A DNA stretch of 63,905 nt, counting the filler, from Octopus bimaculoides (taxonomy: Eukaryota): assembly GCF_001194135.2 (NCBI RefSeq). It is 6 parts of 6 records of this genome, joined end to end, with 100 filler letters (N's around TTAATTAATTAA, not from the genome) between each part and the next. Parts side by side here need not be neighbours in the genome. Positions count along the whole stretch, not along the records: positions 1 to 6,347 come from NC_068986.1; positions 6,448 to 28,079 come from NC_069003.1; 4 more parts are not named here. The stretch is one strand, 5' to 3'. Under the pieces are notes generated by a model. That model made no database searches and was not told the origin of the DNA. It worked only from the letters and a program-made list of their open reading frames with translations. The position numbers and the translations under genes are program-made. Shown piece by piece: positions 1 to 13,374 of the stretch (within the stretch, counting starts at the first letter, position 1; every line of letters begins with the position of its first letter).

Positions 1-512
1 CACACACACACGCACACACACATATATATATATACATGTATATAATATAACGCAATATATACACACATATCATTTTCAAACTACATGGTTCCGGGTTCAG
101 TCCCACTGCGTGGTACCTTGGGCAAATGTCTTCTACTATAGCCTCGGGCCAACCAAAGCTTTGTGTGTGTATTTGGTAGACGGAAACTGAAAGGAGCCCG
201 TCGTACATGTATATGTGTATTTGTTTGTGTCTGTGTTTGCCCCCCACAACCGCCTAACATTGTGGTTCGGCAAAAGACCCCGATAGAATAAGTACTGGGC
301 TTACGAAGAACATGTGCTGGGGTCGATTTGTTCGACTAAAGGCGGTGCTCCACCATGGCCGGAGTCAAATGACTGAAACAAGTAAAAGAATAAAAGAATA
401 AAACAATATACATTCATATGTTATGTGTAATATATATATATATATAAACAAGTTCATATACATATTACATACATGCGTGCTTATATGTATACACACATAC
501 AATCACACACAT

Positions 513-560
<48 letters not shown>

Positions 561-1027
561 CATATACTTGTGTGAACTTATTTGTATAATATATACATAT
601 ATATGTACATATGAATATGCACGTATACACAGACACATATACACAGACACACACACAGACACACACATATATGTGTGTGTGTGTGTTTTCTCACCTTGCT
701 TCCACATGGTTCTCGACTTTTCACAGTATAGTTTTGTTTGTGGTATTGTGGCTTAAGTATAAGAAAGAGCAAGCTAAAATGCGCCAAATTCCGCATTGCT
801 TAACTTGGGTCTCTTGTAGAAGGCACTTGCCGAATGCACCACACAGTCTTGTCTCAAATCCTGAACCTTGTACTAGTGAAACCAAAGGAGCCACCCGACT
901 GTACCTCCTAGTTTCTATTTGATTGACTGTATATCTGTCCGTTTATCTGTCTGACTGTGTTTCTATGTATGTATGTATGTATGTATGTATGTATGTATGT
1001 ATGTATGTATGTATGTATGTATGTATG

Positions 1028-1075
<48 letters not shown>

Positions 1076-1222
1076 CATCTATCTGTATATCTATCTGTTT
1101 GTCTTTTTGTCTCTCTGTCTGTCTGAGCGTCTATCTGTCTATCTGCCTACATATCTGTCAGTCAGTTTGTACGTCTGTATATATGCATGTATGTAAGCAT
1201 ATGTATGTATGTATATATATAT

Positions 1223-1292
<70 letters not shown>

Positions 1293-1323
1293 CTATACGT
1301 ATGTAAATATGAATATATATATG

Positions 1324-1356
<33 letters not shown>

Positions 1357-2356
1357 NNNNNNNNNNNNNNNNNNNNNNNNNNNNNNNNNNNNNNNNNNNN
1401 NNNNNNNNNNNNNNNNNNNNNNNNNNNNNNNNNNNNNNNNNNNNNNNNNNNNNNNNNNNNNNNNNNNNNNNNNNNNNNNNNNNNNNNNNNNNNNNNNNNN
1501 NNNNNNNNNNNNNNNNNNNNNNNNNNNNNNNNNNNNNNNNNNNNNNNNNNNNNNNNNNNNNNNNNNNNNNNNNNNNNNNNNNNNNNNNNNNNNNNNNNNN
1601 NNNNNNNNNNNNNNNNNNNNNNNNNNNNNNNNNNNNNNNNNNNNNNNNNNNNNNNNNNNNNNNNNNNNNNNNNNNNNNNNNNNNNNNNNAACATATGTAC
1701 TGTCATGCACCAGCACACACAGACATAAGCACCTCACAGATATAAGCACACACACTCACACACACACACACACATATACATACACACACACACACACATA
1801 AATCAGATTTTACTAGTTATCTATCCATATATAATGCAGGAAATATGTTTTCGTTTAGTTCGTACGCACCAATAAACACGCATGTGTTTCACTTCGTACC
1901 AGAAATACATCATTTCTACGTAGATACGTACAAACACAGCGTTTCCTCTTGTGCATGTATTGCCTGAGCCGGATTGAGGTCAACGGATGTTCTAAGCACA
2001 GTCCAACGGTTGTGTCCATCGACTTTTTTTATTGTGTCAATGATAAGACTTCAAGAAAGGATTGCTGAGTATGAAATAACATTAAAAAATTCTGTTTCGT
2101 TCCAAGACATTCTTTAAGCCAGAGGCCAAAGCTATACTGGTTTTAACCCGTTTTCCTTTCTTTTATCGTTTTATTTAATTAAGACACGTATAAAAATTAT
2201 TTATTCGTTAGTAATTTAAGTATGAAGAAATCCATATTTTCATAGCTTTTTAATATATTATCCAACACTGCAAAGCTTCTATAATCCCACTTTTCCTTGG
2301 TGCCCCCAAGCTAGTGTTCACATTACTTAATGGTTAATTTGGACCTGTCTAAGGGA

Positions 2357-2421
<65 letters not shown>

Positions 2422-3719
2422 CATAATGGCACACAATTTCTGGGTATATATTTGTTTGTGCAAGAATGTGTTCGTGCATGCGCATGATCTACAAGTGAAC
2501 AAAAGTGATAGGGTGGTAGAATTTAATGCAAAATAAACAGTAACTGACACTAGAGTGTATTTGAACAAAAGTAGATGGCTCTGTCTATAGAAATTAGCTT
2601 CGATTATAACACTTATCTATATGCACAAATGCTTAAAATGTATTCCCTTCTATCAACGTTTTCACTTAATCATGTCTACAAACGCACGCACACGTACACA
2701 TATATGAACATAGACGTACACTTATCGACACTTGCACAAAGACTTAATCATCACTACAAACTTATGCAGACGCATGAACGCACGCAAATATGCAGACTAA
2801 CAAGCACAGACATACACAGACACACAGACACACANNNNNNNNNNNNNNNNNNNNNNNNNNNNNNNNNNNNNNNNNNNNNNNNNNNNNNNNNNNNNNNNNN
2901 NNNNNNNNNNNNNNNNNNNNNNNNNNNNNNNNNNNNNNNNNNNNNNNNNNNNNNNNNNNNNNNNNNNNNNNNNNNNNNNNNNNNNNNNNNNNNNNNNNNN
3001 NNNNNNNNNNNNNNNNNNNNNNNNNNNNNNNNNNNNNNNNNNNNNNNNNNNNNNNNNNNNNNNNNNNNNNNNNNNNNNNNNNNNNNNNNNNNNNNNNNNN
3101 NNNNNNNNNNNNNNNNNNNNNNNNNNNNNNNNNNNNNNNNNNNNNNNNNNNNNNNNNNNNNNNNNNNNNNNNNNNNNNNNNNNNNNNNNNNNNNNNNNNN
3201 NNNNNNNNNNNNNNNNNNNNNNNNNNNNNNNNNNNNNNNNNNNNNNNNNNNNNNNNNNNNNNNNNNNNNNNNNNNNNNNNNNNNNNNNNNNNNNNNNNNN
3301 NNNNNNNNNNNNNNNNNNNNNNNNNNNNNNNNNNNNNNNNNNNNNNNNNNNNNNNNNNNNNNNNNNNNNNNNNNNNNNNNNNNNNNNNNNNNNNNNNNNN
3401 NNNNNNNNNNNNNNNNNNNNNNNNNNNNNNNNNNNNNNNNNNNNNNNNNNNNNNNNNNNNNNNNNNNNNNNNNNNNNNNNNNNNNNNNNNNNNNNNNNNN
3501 NNNNNNNNNNNNNNNNNNNNNNNNNNNNNNNNNNNNNNNNNNNNNNNNNNNNNNNNNNNNNNNNNNATAGATATATAGATATATAGATATATATATATAT
3601 ATATATACTAGCGGTGCTAGGCTTTAAAAAATAAGTACTGGATCCGTGTACACGCAGACACGGACACAGACACATACACAAACACACGCGCGCACACGCA
3701 TACATTTATATATATAACC

Positions 3720-4570
3720 TCTTCACTAATGGAAATAAGAATACAAACCAATCTTACCGTAGTCAACTTTTCAGGCAAACCAAATGAAAAGCTGGTGTCT
3801 ACCCGCCACCCATCTATCGTGTTTAAAAGTTTAATATCCTGGTGAAAGATATTTTCGATGCTCTGACTCCCTATTAAAACGAGGCGTTGCCAGCCACCGG
3901 GCATTTAAGGACCGTATCACCCTTATGTGTGGACCTTACGCCCACAAAAAGAAGTATCACCGTAAGATCATTTGGTTTGTCCCACCCTTTTCACCTAGCG
4001 TCAAAGTTTGTGTGGAAAGGATCTTCCTTAAATTAGTGGACAAGCATTTCACGCAATCCCATAGGTACGGACGATTATATGATAGGGTCTCATGCACATG
4101 TGAGCCCAGTGTAAAAGAGATTTTAGCGAACGCCCTAAACCCTGCACAAAGGTAAGAGGCTCATGTAGGGATAACAGCATATATCCAGTAGGCGACCGAT
4201 GTAACTGAGGCCGTGGTCTCCGAGACAGAGGTTTTGTTCGTCAGTAACAGTAGAAACAGGAGCGACAACAGCAACAATTTAACCAACAGTAACACGAACA
4301 ACGTCTGCTGTAGCAGTAGCAACAAAAACAGCAACAAATCCAACAACGTAAGGACACATATACAGAAACATGTTGAATGAACGGAGGTTTCTTTTAAGCT
4401 GCGAAACATAACTGTAGGTCCTCCTTTAGGATCCCAGAGAGGCGCAATTAGATCTTTGGCCAACTACATATAACGTTTAAAAGAAAAGGGAATGTCATAC
4501 AGAATCAAATGGAAGCTACTGGAAGAGCCCTTATCGGAAACAGAATATACGAACTTTGCTTGGTTGAGAA
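3720..4570 (+). mobile_element. Decayed Penelope-like element (PLE): RT C-terminal linker plus GIY-YIG endonuclease
   Basis: Frame-broken translation gives KPNEKL...HPSIVFKS, IFDALTPY*NEAL, RKIIWFVPPFSPSVK...FLKLVDKHF, YPVGDRC..VVSE, TEVSFKLR and SLANYI*RLKEKGMSYRIKWKLLE, in the order typical of PLE ORFs. Confidence 0.75.
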
Positions 4571-6391
4571 TGCAAGGGTCCTAATAAGTTGATCGGGGTG
4601 GGAGTGCGGACTTCTAAAATTCAGAAAGTGTTGCTGACTAGTAAACGGAAGACGTACTTAAACTGACTTTTTTCGGACACTACTGGAACCATTCAAAGGT
4701 ATATTACTCCGTCTTGCCCAGAATGGGTTTTCGCTTCAAAGAATTTCGTTTCAGGGTATTTTTCCTCACAATGACGACCAAGAATGGATTCTTACCTCCA
4801 TTAGTAAATAGGTTACGTTCTTCCGCCAGCAGGGTCTGATGAGTCTTCTATGTTGCTAAGAGCAAAAATCTACCAGAGAAATGTTAACGTTCTGCACAAC
4901 CATAACCAAAGACTACATAAAATATTAGTACTAAGAAAGAAACCAAAATGTCTAGAGTGCACCTTTGTTTCGGACTTATGAAGAACTCACCGCTTATATA
5001 TANNNNNNNNNNNNNNNNNNNNNNNNNNNNNNNNNNNNNNNNNNNNNNNNNNNNNNNNNNNNNNNNNNNNNNNNNNNNNNNNNNNNNNNNNNNNNNNNNN
5101 NNNNNNNNNNNNNNNNNNNNNNNNNNNNNNNNNNNNNNNNNNNNNNNNNNNNNNNNNNNNNNNNNNNNNNNNNNNNNNNNNNNNNNNNNNNNNNNNNNNN
5201 NNNNNNNNNNNNNNNNNNNNNNNNNNNNNNNNNNNNNNNNNNNNNNNNNNNNNNNNNNNNNNNNNNNNNNNNNNNNNNNNNNNNNNNNNNNNNNNNNNNN
5301 NNNNNNNNNNNNNNNNNNNNNNNNNNNNNNNNNNNNNNNNNNNNNNNNNNNNNNNNNNNNNNNNNNNNNNNNNNNNNNNNNNNNNNNNNNNNNNNNNNNN
5401 NNNNNNNNNNNNNNNNNNNNNNNNNNNNNNNNNNNNNNNNNNNNNNNNNNNNNNNNNNNNNNNNNNNNNNNNNNNNNNNNNNNNNNNNNNNNNNNNNNNN
5501 NNNNNNNNNNNNNNNNNNNNNNNNNNNNNNNNNNNNNNNNNNNNNNNNNNNNNNNNNNNNNNNNNNNNNNNNNNNNNNNNNNNNNNNNNNNNNNNNNNNN
5601 NNNNNNNNNNNNNNNNNNNNNNNNNNNNNNNNNNNNNNNNNNNNNNNNNNNNNNNNNNNNNNNNNNNNNNNNNNNNNNNNNNNNNNNNNNNNNNNNNNNN
5701 NNNNNNNNNNNNNNNNNNNNNNNNNNNNNNNNNNNATATATATATATATAAGGCAAAGAAGATGGATAAAATTGACAAACATCAGCTTGTAGACATCTGC
5801 TAGATCTATTTATTAATTACAATCATATGGATAAATAAATTTTTAAAAAATAATTAAAAAAAAATAATAAATGAGTGAACAAAATTTTCCTCTTACAGCT
5901 GTTTCTACTTTGGGGGTCCACACGTGCCAAAGTTGACACGTCATACCAATATTATACAAAGATTGTACAAAGGTTGAACAAAAGTTGGACAGAAGTTGGA
6001 CAATAATTCAACCCCAAAGCTTCATCAGAGAGTCCATAATGGTAAGAGTCAAATATGTAAAAAAAGTAAAATAAAATAATAAAATAATAAAAATAAGAAG
6101 AAATGGTGAAGATGTAAATTCCAAGGTAATATCTAGAGGCTGTGAAATTACATCTTATTTCAAATTAATTTGAAATAAGGTGTAGTCTTACGTATATTTA
6201 TATATTTGTATTTTATGAATATTTTTTTAAAATATTCATATGTGTCGATATGTATTAGTATATACATACGTATTTTAAGTCGAATTTATAAATGTATGAG
6301 TATGATTGTCTAATTTGAGTTTATACCTTATATATATATATGTATATNNNNNNNNNNNNNNNNNNNNNNNNNNNNNNNNNNNNNNNNNNNN

Positions 6392-6403
6392 TTAATTAAT
6401 TAA
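6392..6403. other. Assembly spacer TTAATTAATTAA inside a 100-bp gap (also 28124, 43899, 60636, 62805)
   Basis: Identical 12-mer with stops in all six frames, embedded in N runs (44 N each side counted at 6392): artificial. Confidence 0.95.
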
Positions 6404-7113
6404 NNNNNNNNNNNNNNNNNNNNNNNNNNNNNNNNNNNNNNNNNNNNATATGTATATGTATATGTAAAAAAATACAAAATGGGACAAGAACGCAAAACGT
6501 CCAGACAGTTAGGTGATACAAGAAAGGGACAACAAAACATCCCGATAGACGACACAAAGAAAACAAGGACGGGTCATTTGGAGTTTTGTTTCCTCAGTCG
6601 GGTTCCAGATTATCTTTGCAATTTCGGCTGGTTATACTCGAGATTCCTCCAATCTGGCCAGCCCCAAGGAAAAACTAAGCTAAGAGCCTTAAATTCCTTG
6701 GAAGAAAGCAGCGAATGTGAAACTGTTAATCCAGACACTTCTTTTTATCTCTTTCCAATTTTTTCGTCTCTTTGTTTTCTTTCCTGATTCCTTTCTTTTG
6801 AAGAACGTAGACTCATAACATCAAAGACTTTTCCATTTTTCCTGAGCATCAAACTAATACACCCTCTTTGTTGTTCTCCCACCTGTCTCTGTCTTTTGTT
6901 TTTTGTACATTTGAACCACACGCACACATATATATATATGAGAGAGAAACAGAGAGAGTAAGACAAATAGACAGATAAATAGCGATACTAAGACAGGAAG
7001 ACAAATGGAGAGAGAGAGAGAGAGAGAGAAAGAGGCGAGGGTTTAAGGAAACAAGGTATGAAGATTAAGAGATTAAAAAAAAAAACAAGATTCATCTTCT
7101 ACATGGCACCTAC

Positions 7114-7287
7114 CCTTGGTGTGGCAAAAGTCTTCACAAAGTCTATTTCGTTGTCTGAAAGGATGTCATGATAAACTACTAGCCAGGGATCCAAGTGCAT
7201 CTCTTCCTCCTTGACTCGGGCTAAATACAAATATGGGTTGCCATACCAGGCATACTTGCACTTTAGTTTGTGGGCATTTTTGATTGG
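7114..7287 (-). CDS. P4HA: P4HA exon (PIKNAHKLKCKYAWYGNPYLYLARVKEEEMHLDPWLVVYHDILSDNEIDFVKTFATPR)
   Basis: 174 bp, tttttacAG acceptor and GTAGGT donor, phase 0 to 0. L.C.Y...NP...LA..K.E...P....YHD..SD.EI...K..A.PR motif marks the start of the catalytic domain. Confidence 0.95.
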
Positions 7288-7936
7288 CTGTAAAAATTTG
7301 GACAAATAAGAAAAGAAAGACATTAAATAAAAAGAAATAATTAATAGTTTGAGCAATGCGTAGTCAAGAGTACACACACACACACACATGCATATGTATA
7401 TATATATCTGACAAGCTTCTATCAGTTTCCATCTACCATATCCACTCCCAAGGCTTTAGTCAATGCAGGATTATAGTAAAAGACACTTGCTCAAGTTGCT
7501 GTGCAGTGGGATTAAACCCAAGATCACATGGTTGGAAGTCAGCTTCTTAACTACAGTCATACCTACACCAATTTACCTATCTGTCTGTCTGTCTATACAC
7601 ACATACACACACACACACATTAGTTGAGAGACATTACTCTTTCCCCTGCTCATTCTTACTCTTTTTCACTCTACGTCTCTACCTCTCTCTTTCTCTCTCC
7701 TTCTTGCCCATGTACCTCTCTCTTTCTCTCTCCTTCTTGCCCATGTACCTCTCTCTCTCTCACCCTCTACTCAATATCTTGACATTTTGGAAACTACCCT
7801 TAACCATGATATCCACTGTGACCCCTTCTCATAGCAAGGGTCAAAGAGAAAACAAAGAGACACCCACAACAAATTAAACAAAACAACCAACTACTACAAG
7901 GAACCTCAATAAAAACAGACCCTAGTCAGAACTCAC

Positions 7937-8130
7937 CATAATTTCTTCCCCTCGGCACAGGCTCTCATATGCATAGAACTCTTCAGAGTTACGGTAGTCA
8001 TCGATGTGGCGAGGATTCTTCACTCGTTGTAATCCAGTGTCACCACGTCTTTGTGCTGCTTTAACTTTATCTTCTTCAAGCATTTTTTCAAAGTAGAATT
8101 TATTATTTTTGGCTCTCTGATGAGTAGGAT
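7937..8130 (-). CDS. P4HA: P4HA exon (DPTHQRAKNNKFYFEKMLEEDKVKAAQRRGDTGLQRVKNPRHIDDYRNSEEFYAYESLCRGEEIM)
   Basis: 194 bp, tcttctccAG acceptor and GTGAGT donor, phase 1 to 0. DP.HQRA..N and YE.LCRGE motifs follow the TPR-like peptide-binding domain of P4HA. Confidence 0.93.
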
Positions 8131-8716
8131 CTGGAGAAGAGGAATGAACAAAAACAACAATAGCAATAATTAAACAAACAAACTATGCTTAACAATCTGA
8201 CATTACCTTTTTGACATTCTGTGTCATACTGGATCTCACTAAGAACTATGTTAAGGGTACACGTGTTTGTGGAGTACTCATCCACTTGCTAGTTAATTTC
8301 ACAAGGAGGCTGCTCCATTGACCAGATCAACTGGAACATTCATCACAAAGGAGAATGTTACCCATTTTTGTCCTGTCTTGCAACCCCAAGGCTTTATGTT
8401 GTATATGTATTATCATTATTAACTGTTGTCTTTGTGTGGCCCTAAGCCTTTATTCTGTTTATTGTTTTGCCCCACGTCCGTCCATTAACGGTCTTGTCTC
8501 GAAACTTGTTTCGTTCTGTTATGTTTAGGTCCCATTTCCGGCAAGTTTCTTGTCAGTGCCACCAGAGTGGAAGCAATATTATCAATAATGGCTGAAATTG
8601 TGTTTGACTCCTCTGACCAATAACTGATGAGGAGCTGGTGACCTTCTGTGTTTTCTGTCCAGCTGGGTATTCAGAATATGTTCATTTGTTTATTTAATAC
8701 ACATTTTCTTTAATTA

Positions 8717-9140
8717 TATCAGGTCATACCATAAGTTCTGTCCGATTTTACCTTTTTTGAAATTGAATGAAATTTAATAGTATTATAGAATGTCTAATGG
8801 AATTAAAAATTATTTTTATGCCTTTGTGTATATTTAAACTAATTAAATATTATTTTACAGAATAATAGAATTAAAATTCCTTTGATCAAACCCCTTTCTA
8901 ACATGGACGTATCCAAAGAGCATTTAAGGCACATAATGCTTTATGAGTACAAAAAGGAAACTCTGCAGCCGAAGCAACTCGAAACATACACTCAGTTTAT
9001 GGGAAAGAATGCTTGAATGAAAGAACTTGCAGAAGATGGTTTGCAAAATTCAGAAGTACAGATTTTAGCCTTGAAGATGAAGATCGAACAGGATGATAAG
9101 CTCCTTGGGGCATTACTTGAAGAAAATCCTGCACGATAAA
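8717..9140 (+). mobile_element. Mariner transposon, 5' fragment
   Basis: TIR-like TATCAGGTCATACCATAAGTTCTGTCCG, then ATG at 8903: MDVSKEHLRHIMLYEYKK/NSAAEATRNIHSVYGKECLNERTCRRWFAKFRSTDFSLEDEDRTG (mariner HTH) with a frameshift. Confidence 0.85.
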
Positions 9141-9753
9141 GTGTAGTATATTGCCACTTAAGTGTGGCTGACCCCTANNNNNNNNNNNNNNNNNNNNNNN
9201 NNNNNNNNNNNNNNNNNNNNNNNNNNNNNNNNNNNNNNNNNNNNNNNNNNNNNNNNNNNNNNNNNNNNNNNNNNNNNAATAATAATAATAATAATAATAA
9301 TCCTTTCTACTACAGGCACAAGTCCTGCAATTTGTGAAGAGGGGATAAGTCAACCACATCAACCCCAGTGCGTAACTGGTACTTATTTCATTGACCCCAA
9401 AACAATGAAAGGCAAAGCTGACTTCAGCAGAACTTGAACTCAGAACATAGCAACGGGCAAAACACCACTAAACATTTTACCCTGTGTGCTAATGATTCTG
9501 TCAGCTTGACACCTTAATATTAATAATAATAATAATAATAATGGTTTCAAATTTTGGCACAAGGGCAGCCATTTTGGGGGAGGAGTGTATCGATTACATC
9601 AACCTCAGTGTTTCACTGGTATTTAATTTATTGACTCTGAAAGGATGAAAGGCAAAATCGACCTTGGTAGAATTTGAACTTAGGACGTAGCGACGGGCAA
9701 AATACCGTTAAGTATTTTGCCCAGTGTGCTAATGATTCTGCCAGCTTGATGCT

Positions 9754-9785
<32 letters not shown>

Positions 9786-10139
9786 TTAATGTCCCCTTTT
9801 TCCATGCTGGCATGGATCAGGCGTTTGATAAGAACAAACGAACCAGAGGGCTCCACCAGGTTTTATGATTGCTTAGGCATGGTTTCTACAGCTGTATTCC
9901 CATCTAAATCCCAACCACTTAACACAGTGTATGTGGCACCAGCACCAGTGAAGTTGCCAAGCACTCACAAGATAAGAACCCCCAACTAAGCAGGGTATAG
10001 ATGGAGAAAGAAACTGTGATAAGAGGGAAAGGAGTTAGTTAATTACATCAACCACAATCATCATCATCATGATCTGGTTAAGTTTGTTCAGACATTTTTA
10101 ACCTGCACATGCCATCCATCTCAGTCCTGCATTAGTTGA

Positions 10140-10425
10140 GGGAGACATCCAGTGTCTCTCAACTCTGAGACCTGGGAAATGCAAGCACAGGACCACTCTG
10201 CCTGGCATAGCTACACCAACAGAGGTGCTACTTCCTATGAACAGAACAGAATTGCAGGAGTACAAAGAAAATATGAGCTATACAAGGCTTTGCCATCATT
10301 CCCAGCAAATCGCCATTGCCAGATTTGTGGAACCTTCCAGGTGCACATTGGCCTGATTGGCCACTTTTAGATGTACCATGACCCATCTTCTTTCCCCATA
10401 TGACATCCTGATCATCATCAATAAT
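10140..10425 (+). mobile_element. RTE-clade LINE 3' end
   Basis: SLNSETWEMQAQDHSAWHS...GATSYE..R...CQICGTFQVHIGLIGHF resembles the WE..A.DR..WR...C..C.R.F...IGL.SH C-terminus of RTE ORFs; (ATC)n-like tail. Confidence 0.7.
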
Positions 10426-10522
10426 GACATATGAACATGATTATTATTATTATTATTATTATTATTATGCTATATGTATACACATAGGTCTGTTTGTGTG
10501 TATAAGAAAGAATGTTTAGATC

Positions 10523-10565
<43 letters not shown>

Positions 10566-11097
10566 NNNNNNNNNNNNNNNNNNNNNNNNNNNNNNNNNNN
10601 NNNNNNNNNNNNNNNNNNNNNNNNNNNNNNNNNNNNNNNNNNNNNNNNNNNNNNNNNNNNNNNNNNNNNNNNNNNNNNNNNNNNNNNNNNNNNNNNNNNN
10701 NNNNNNNNNNNNNNNNNNNNNNNNNNNNNNNNNNNNNNNNNNNNNNNNNNNNNNNNNNNNNNNNNNNNNNNNNNNNNNNNNNNNNNNNNNNNNNNNNNNN
10801 NNNNNNNNNNNNNNNNNNNNNNNNNNNNNNNNNNNNNNNNNNNNNNNNNNNNNNNNNNNNNNNNNNNNNNNNNNNNNNNNNNNNNNNNNNNNNNNNNNNN
10901 NNNNNNNNNNNNNNNNNNNNNNNNNNNNNNNNNNNNNNNNNNNNNNNNNNNNNNNNNNNNNNNNNNNNNNNNNNNNNNNNNNNNNNNNNNNNNNNNNNNN
11001 NNNNNNNNNNNNNNNNNNNNNNNNNNNNNNNNNNNNNNNNNNNNTATATATATATATATATTGAGAGAGAGAGAGAGAGAGAGAACACAATACATAC

Positions 11098-11259
11098 CTG
11101 TGAGTTCTTGGGTTTTCACACCACCAACTTCCCCACGTGCAATATCAGCAGTATCCAACTGGTAAGTGTCTTGCAGTCGTAAAAGAGCGGCCGCTGCCCC
11201 ATTAAGATCTTCATAGTCAGGAAGATATTGTCTCTTGATTTCTATCGTGGAAACTAATT
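11098..11259 (-). CDS. P4HA: P4HA exon (ELVSTIEIKRQYLPDYEDLNGAAAALLRLQDTYQLDTADIARGEVGGVKTQELT)
   Basis: 162 bp, tttcctatAG acceptor and GTATGT donor, phase 1 to 1, in frame with the previous exon. Carries the P..ED..GAA.AL.RLQDTY.L signature of P4HA. Confidence 0.95.
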
Positions 11260-11837
11260 CTATAGGAAAGGCAAAAAAAAAAAGGAAAAATAATAAATAA
11301 TTACAAATTAATTTTTAAACAAAAAATCAACAACAAAATTTCAATAATGATAAATTTGAAGTGAAAAACAACAAAAGGCATTCATATGTTTTTCCTGAAT
11401 TTTTGATTTTCTAGAGAGGGATCATAGGTGCAGGTATGGCTGTGTGGTTAAGGTGTTAGATTTGCAACTACAAGGTTTCAGGTTCAGTCCCACTGCATTG
11501 CACTTTGGTGCCATCATCATCAGTATCAATTTTAATGTCCACTTTCCCATATTAGCATGGGTCAGATGGAATTTATTGAAGCAGATTTTCTACAGCCAGT
11601 TGCCCTTTCTGTTGCTAACCCTCATTGTTTTTGAACAAAGCAATATATTTTCCTAAGATTAGACATATTTTCAAGGAAAACTGGAAAGAAATGACACCAC
11701 TTGTATGACAGTGGTGCTCATTTACAGCCATCATGTGGTGTGATGACAAAGAGATACAAACATACACACACATATACACACATAAATGCTTGCAAGCATG
11801 CATTCAAACATACAAACATGCATTTATATATATATAT

Positions 11838-12013
11838 ATTAAAATTAATCAAAGGACATACTAAGTATGTCTACCTGCTTGAAATAACAGTCAAAACTCG
11901 TTATTAAATCACCAAAAAATACACAGGTGATTTTTTTGGCGATTTAATAAGGAGTTTTGACTGTTATTTCAAGCAGGTAGACATACCTAGTATGTCCTTT
12001 GATTAATTTTAAT
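11838..12013. repeat. Near-perfect 176-bp palindrome (hairpin MITE-like)
   Basis: ~83-bp arms ATTAAAATTAATCAAAGGACATAC...CAAAAAAT with a few mismatches; 9-bp loop. Confidence 0.9.
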
Positions 12014-13374
12014 CCCTCAGCTATTTAAATGCTATTTTTTGGCCTGCAGTCGCCTGTATCATTGATTCTGTTATTATTATTCTTAAACTAGTGACATTGG
12101 ATAATAATAGAATTAACGGTACCTTTGTAAATTAATTTTATAATGGTTTCAAATTTTGCCACAAAGGCAGCAATTTGGGGGCAGGAGATGAGTCAATGAG
12201 TGTTTAACTGGTACTTATTTTATCGACCCCGAAAAGATGAAAGGTAAAGTCAACCTCAGCAGAATTTGAACTCAGAACGTACCAACAGGCAAAATACCGC
12301 TAAGCATTTCATCCAGCCCGGTAATGATTCTGCCAGCTTGCCACCTTAATATATATACAATATGCATGTGTGGATATGTGTGGATATGTGTGGATATGCA
12401 CACACTCACACACACGTATGACAAGTTTCTTTCTGTTTCTTTAGCCTAAATCCACTCAAAAGCCTGTAGTCAGCCTGGTGTTATAGCTAAAGACACTTCC
12501 TCGAGATTCCACAAAGAGCATGTGTTTGGGAAGTAAACTTCTCAACTGTATCTTGCTGTAGAGAAAGTACAAGGTTACCCGGCCAGAAGGAGAGAGAGAT
12601 CGAGAGAAAAATCAGGAATGAAAACAGAAACAGGTGTGCTACCACAAAGGAAATACACGGTTGCCTGACCTGAGGGAAGTGCAGGAGGAAAGAGAGAGTG
12701 GGAGACAGCAGGACAGAGATGGTGGCAAAATGCCAGGCATACTCACAAGGGACAGGGATCAGAATATAAATGGGATGGGTGAGTAAAGGAAGAGAGAGAT
12801 ATAGATAGTGGCAAGTACCAGGGCATTGAGGTTCAAATGCCATAATATAAGTGGCAAGATACTGTGAAGGAAGTGTGATTAAAGAGTGCAGAGAGGGGTT
12901 GAGTGGTGTAAACCTGGGTATATACAGAGTCGTGGGGGGAGCTACCGGATAGCAATGATACAGAGGAACAGGGCCGTGAGGACAGGATTGGGGAGTGAGA
13001 GCTAGGTACAGTGTATGAAGAAGGAAATGTGAGGAAGAGAAGAGATGTAGAGATGTAGATTGGTTTGTTCGGGTAGGGTGTGTGAAAAAAGTTTTCTTGT
13101 TACGTATGGGTAGAACACACAGGTCGGGGGCTAGCAGATAGCAATAATACAGTGAGACAGGGCATGTGGATGGAACACACTGATCAGGGCCAGCAGAGAG
13201 CAATGATACAGTGGCAGAGGGCTAACAGGACAGGATTGGGGAGTGGGAGGTAAGCATAGTGCATGATGCAGAAATGTGAGGAAGAGAAGAGATGTGGTTT
13301 GGTTTGTTGTGGTAGAGAGTGAGAAGCTTTCTTGTTAAGTGTGGGCAGGACACACAGCACTTCTAGAACTCAGT

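Noticed and set aside
5899-6041. Plus-strand exon-like segment with strong AG/GT signals
   Set aside because: Stops in all three frames and no homology; at most non-coding.
12487-13203. 238-aa minus-strand ORF
   Set aside because: Low-complexity translation of an internally duplicated non-coding region downstream of the RTE fragment; no domain.
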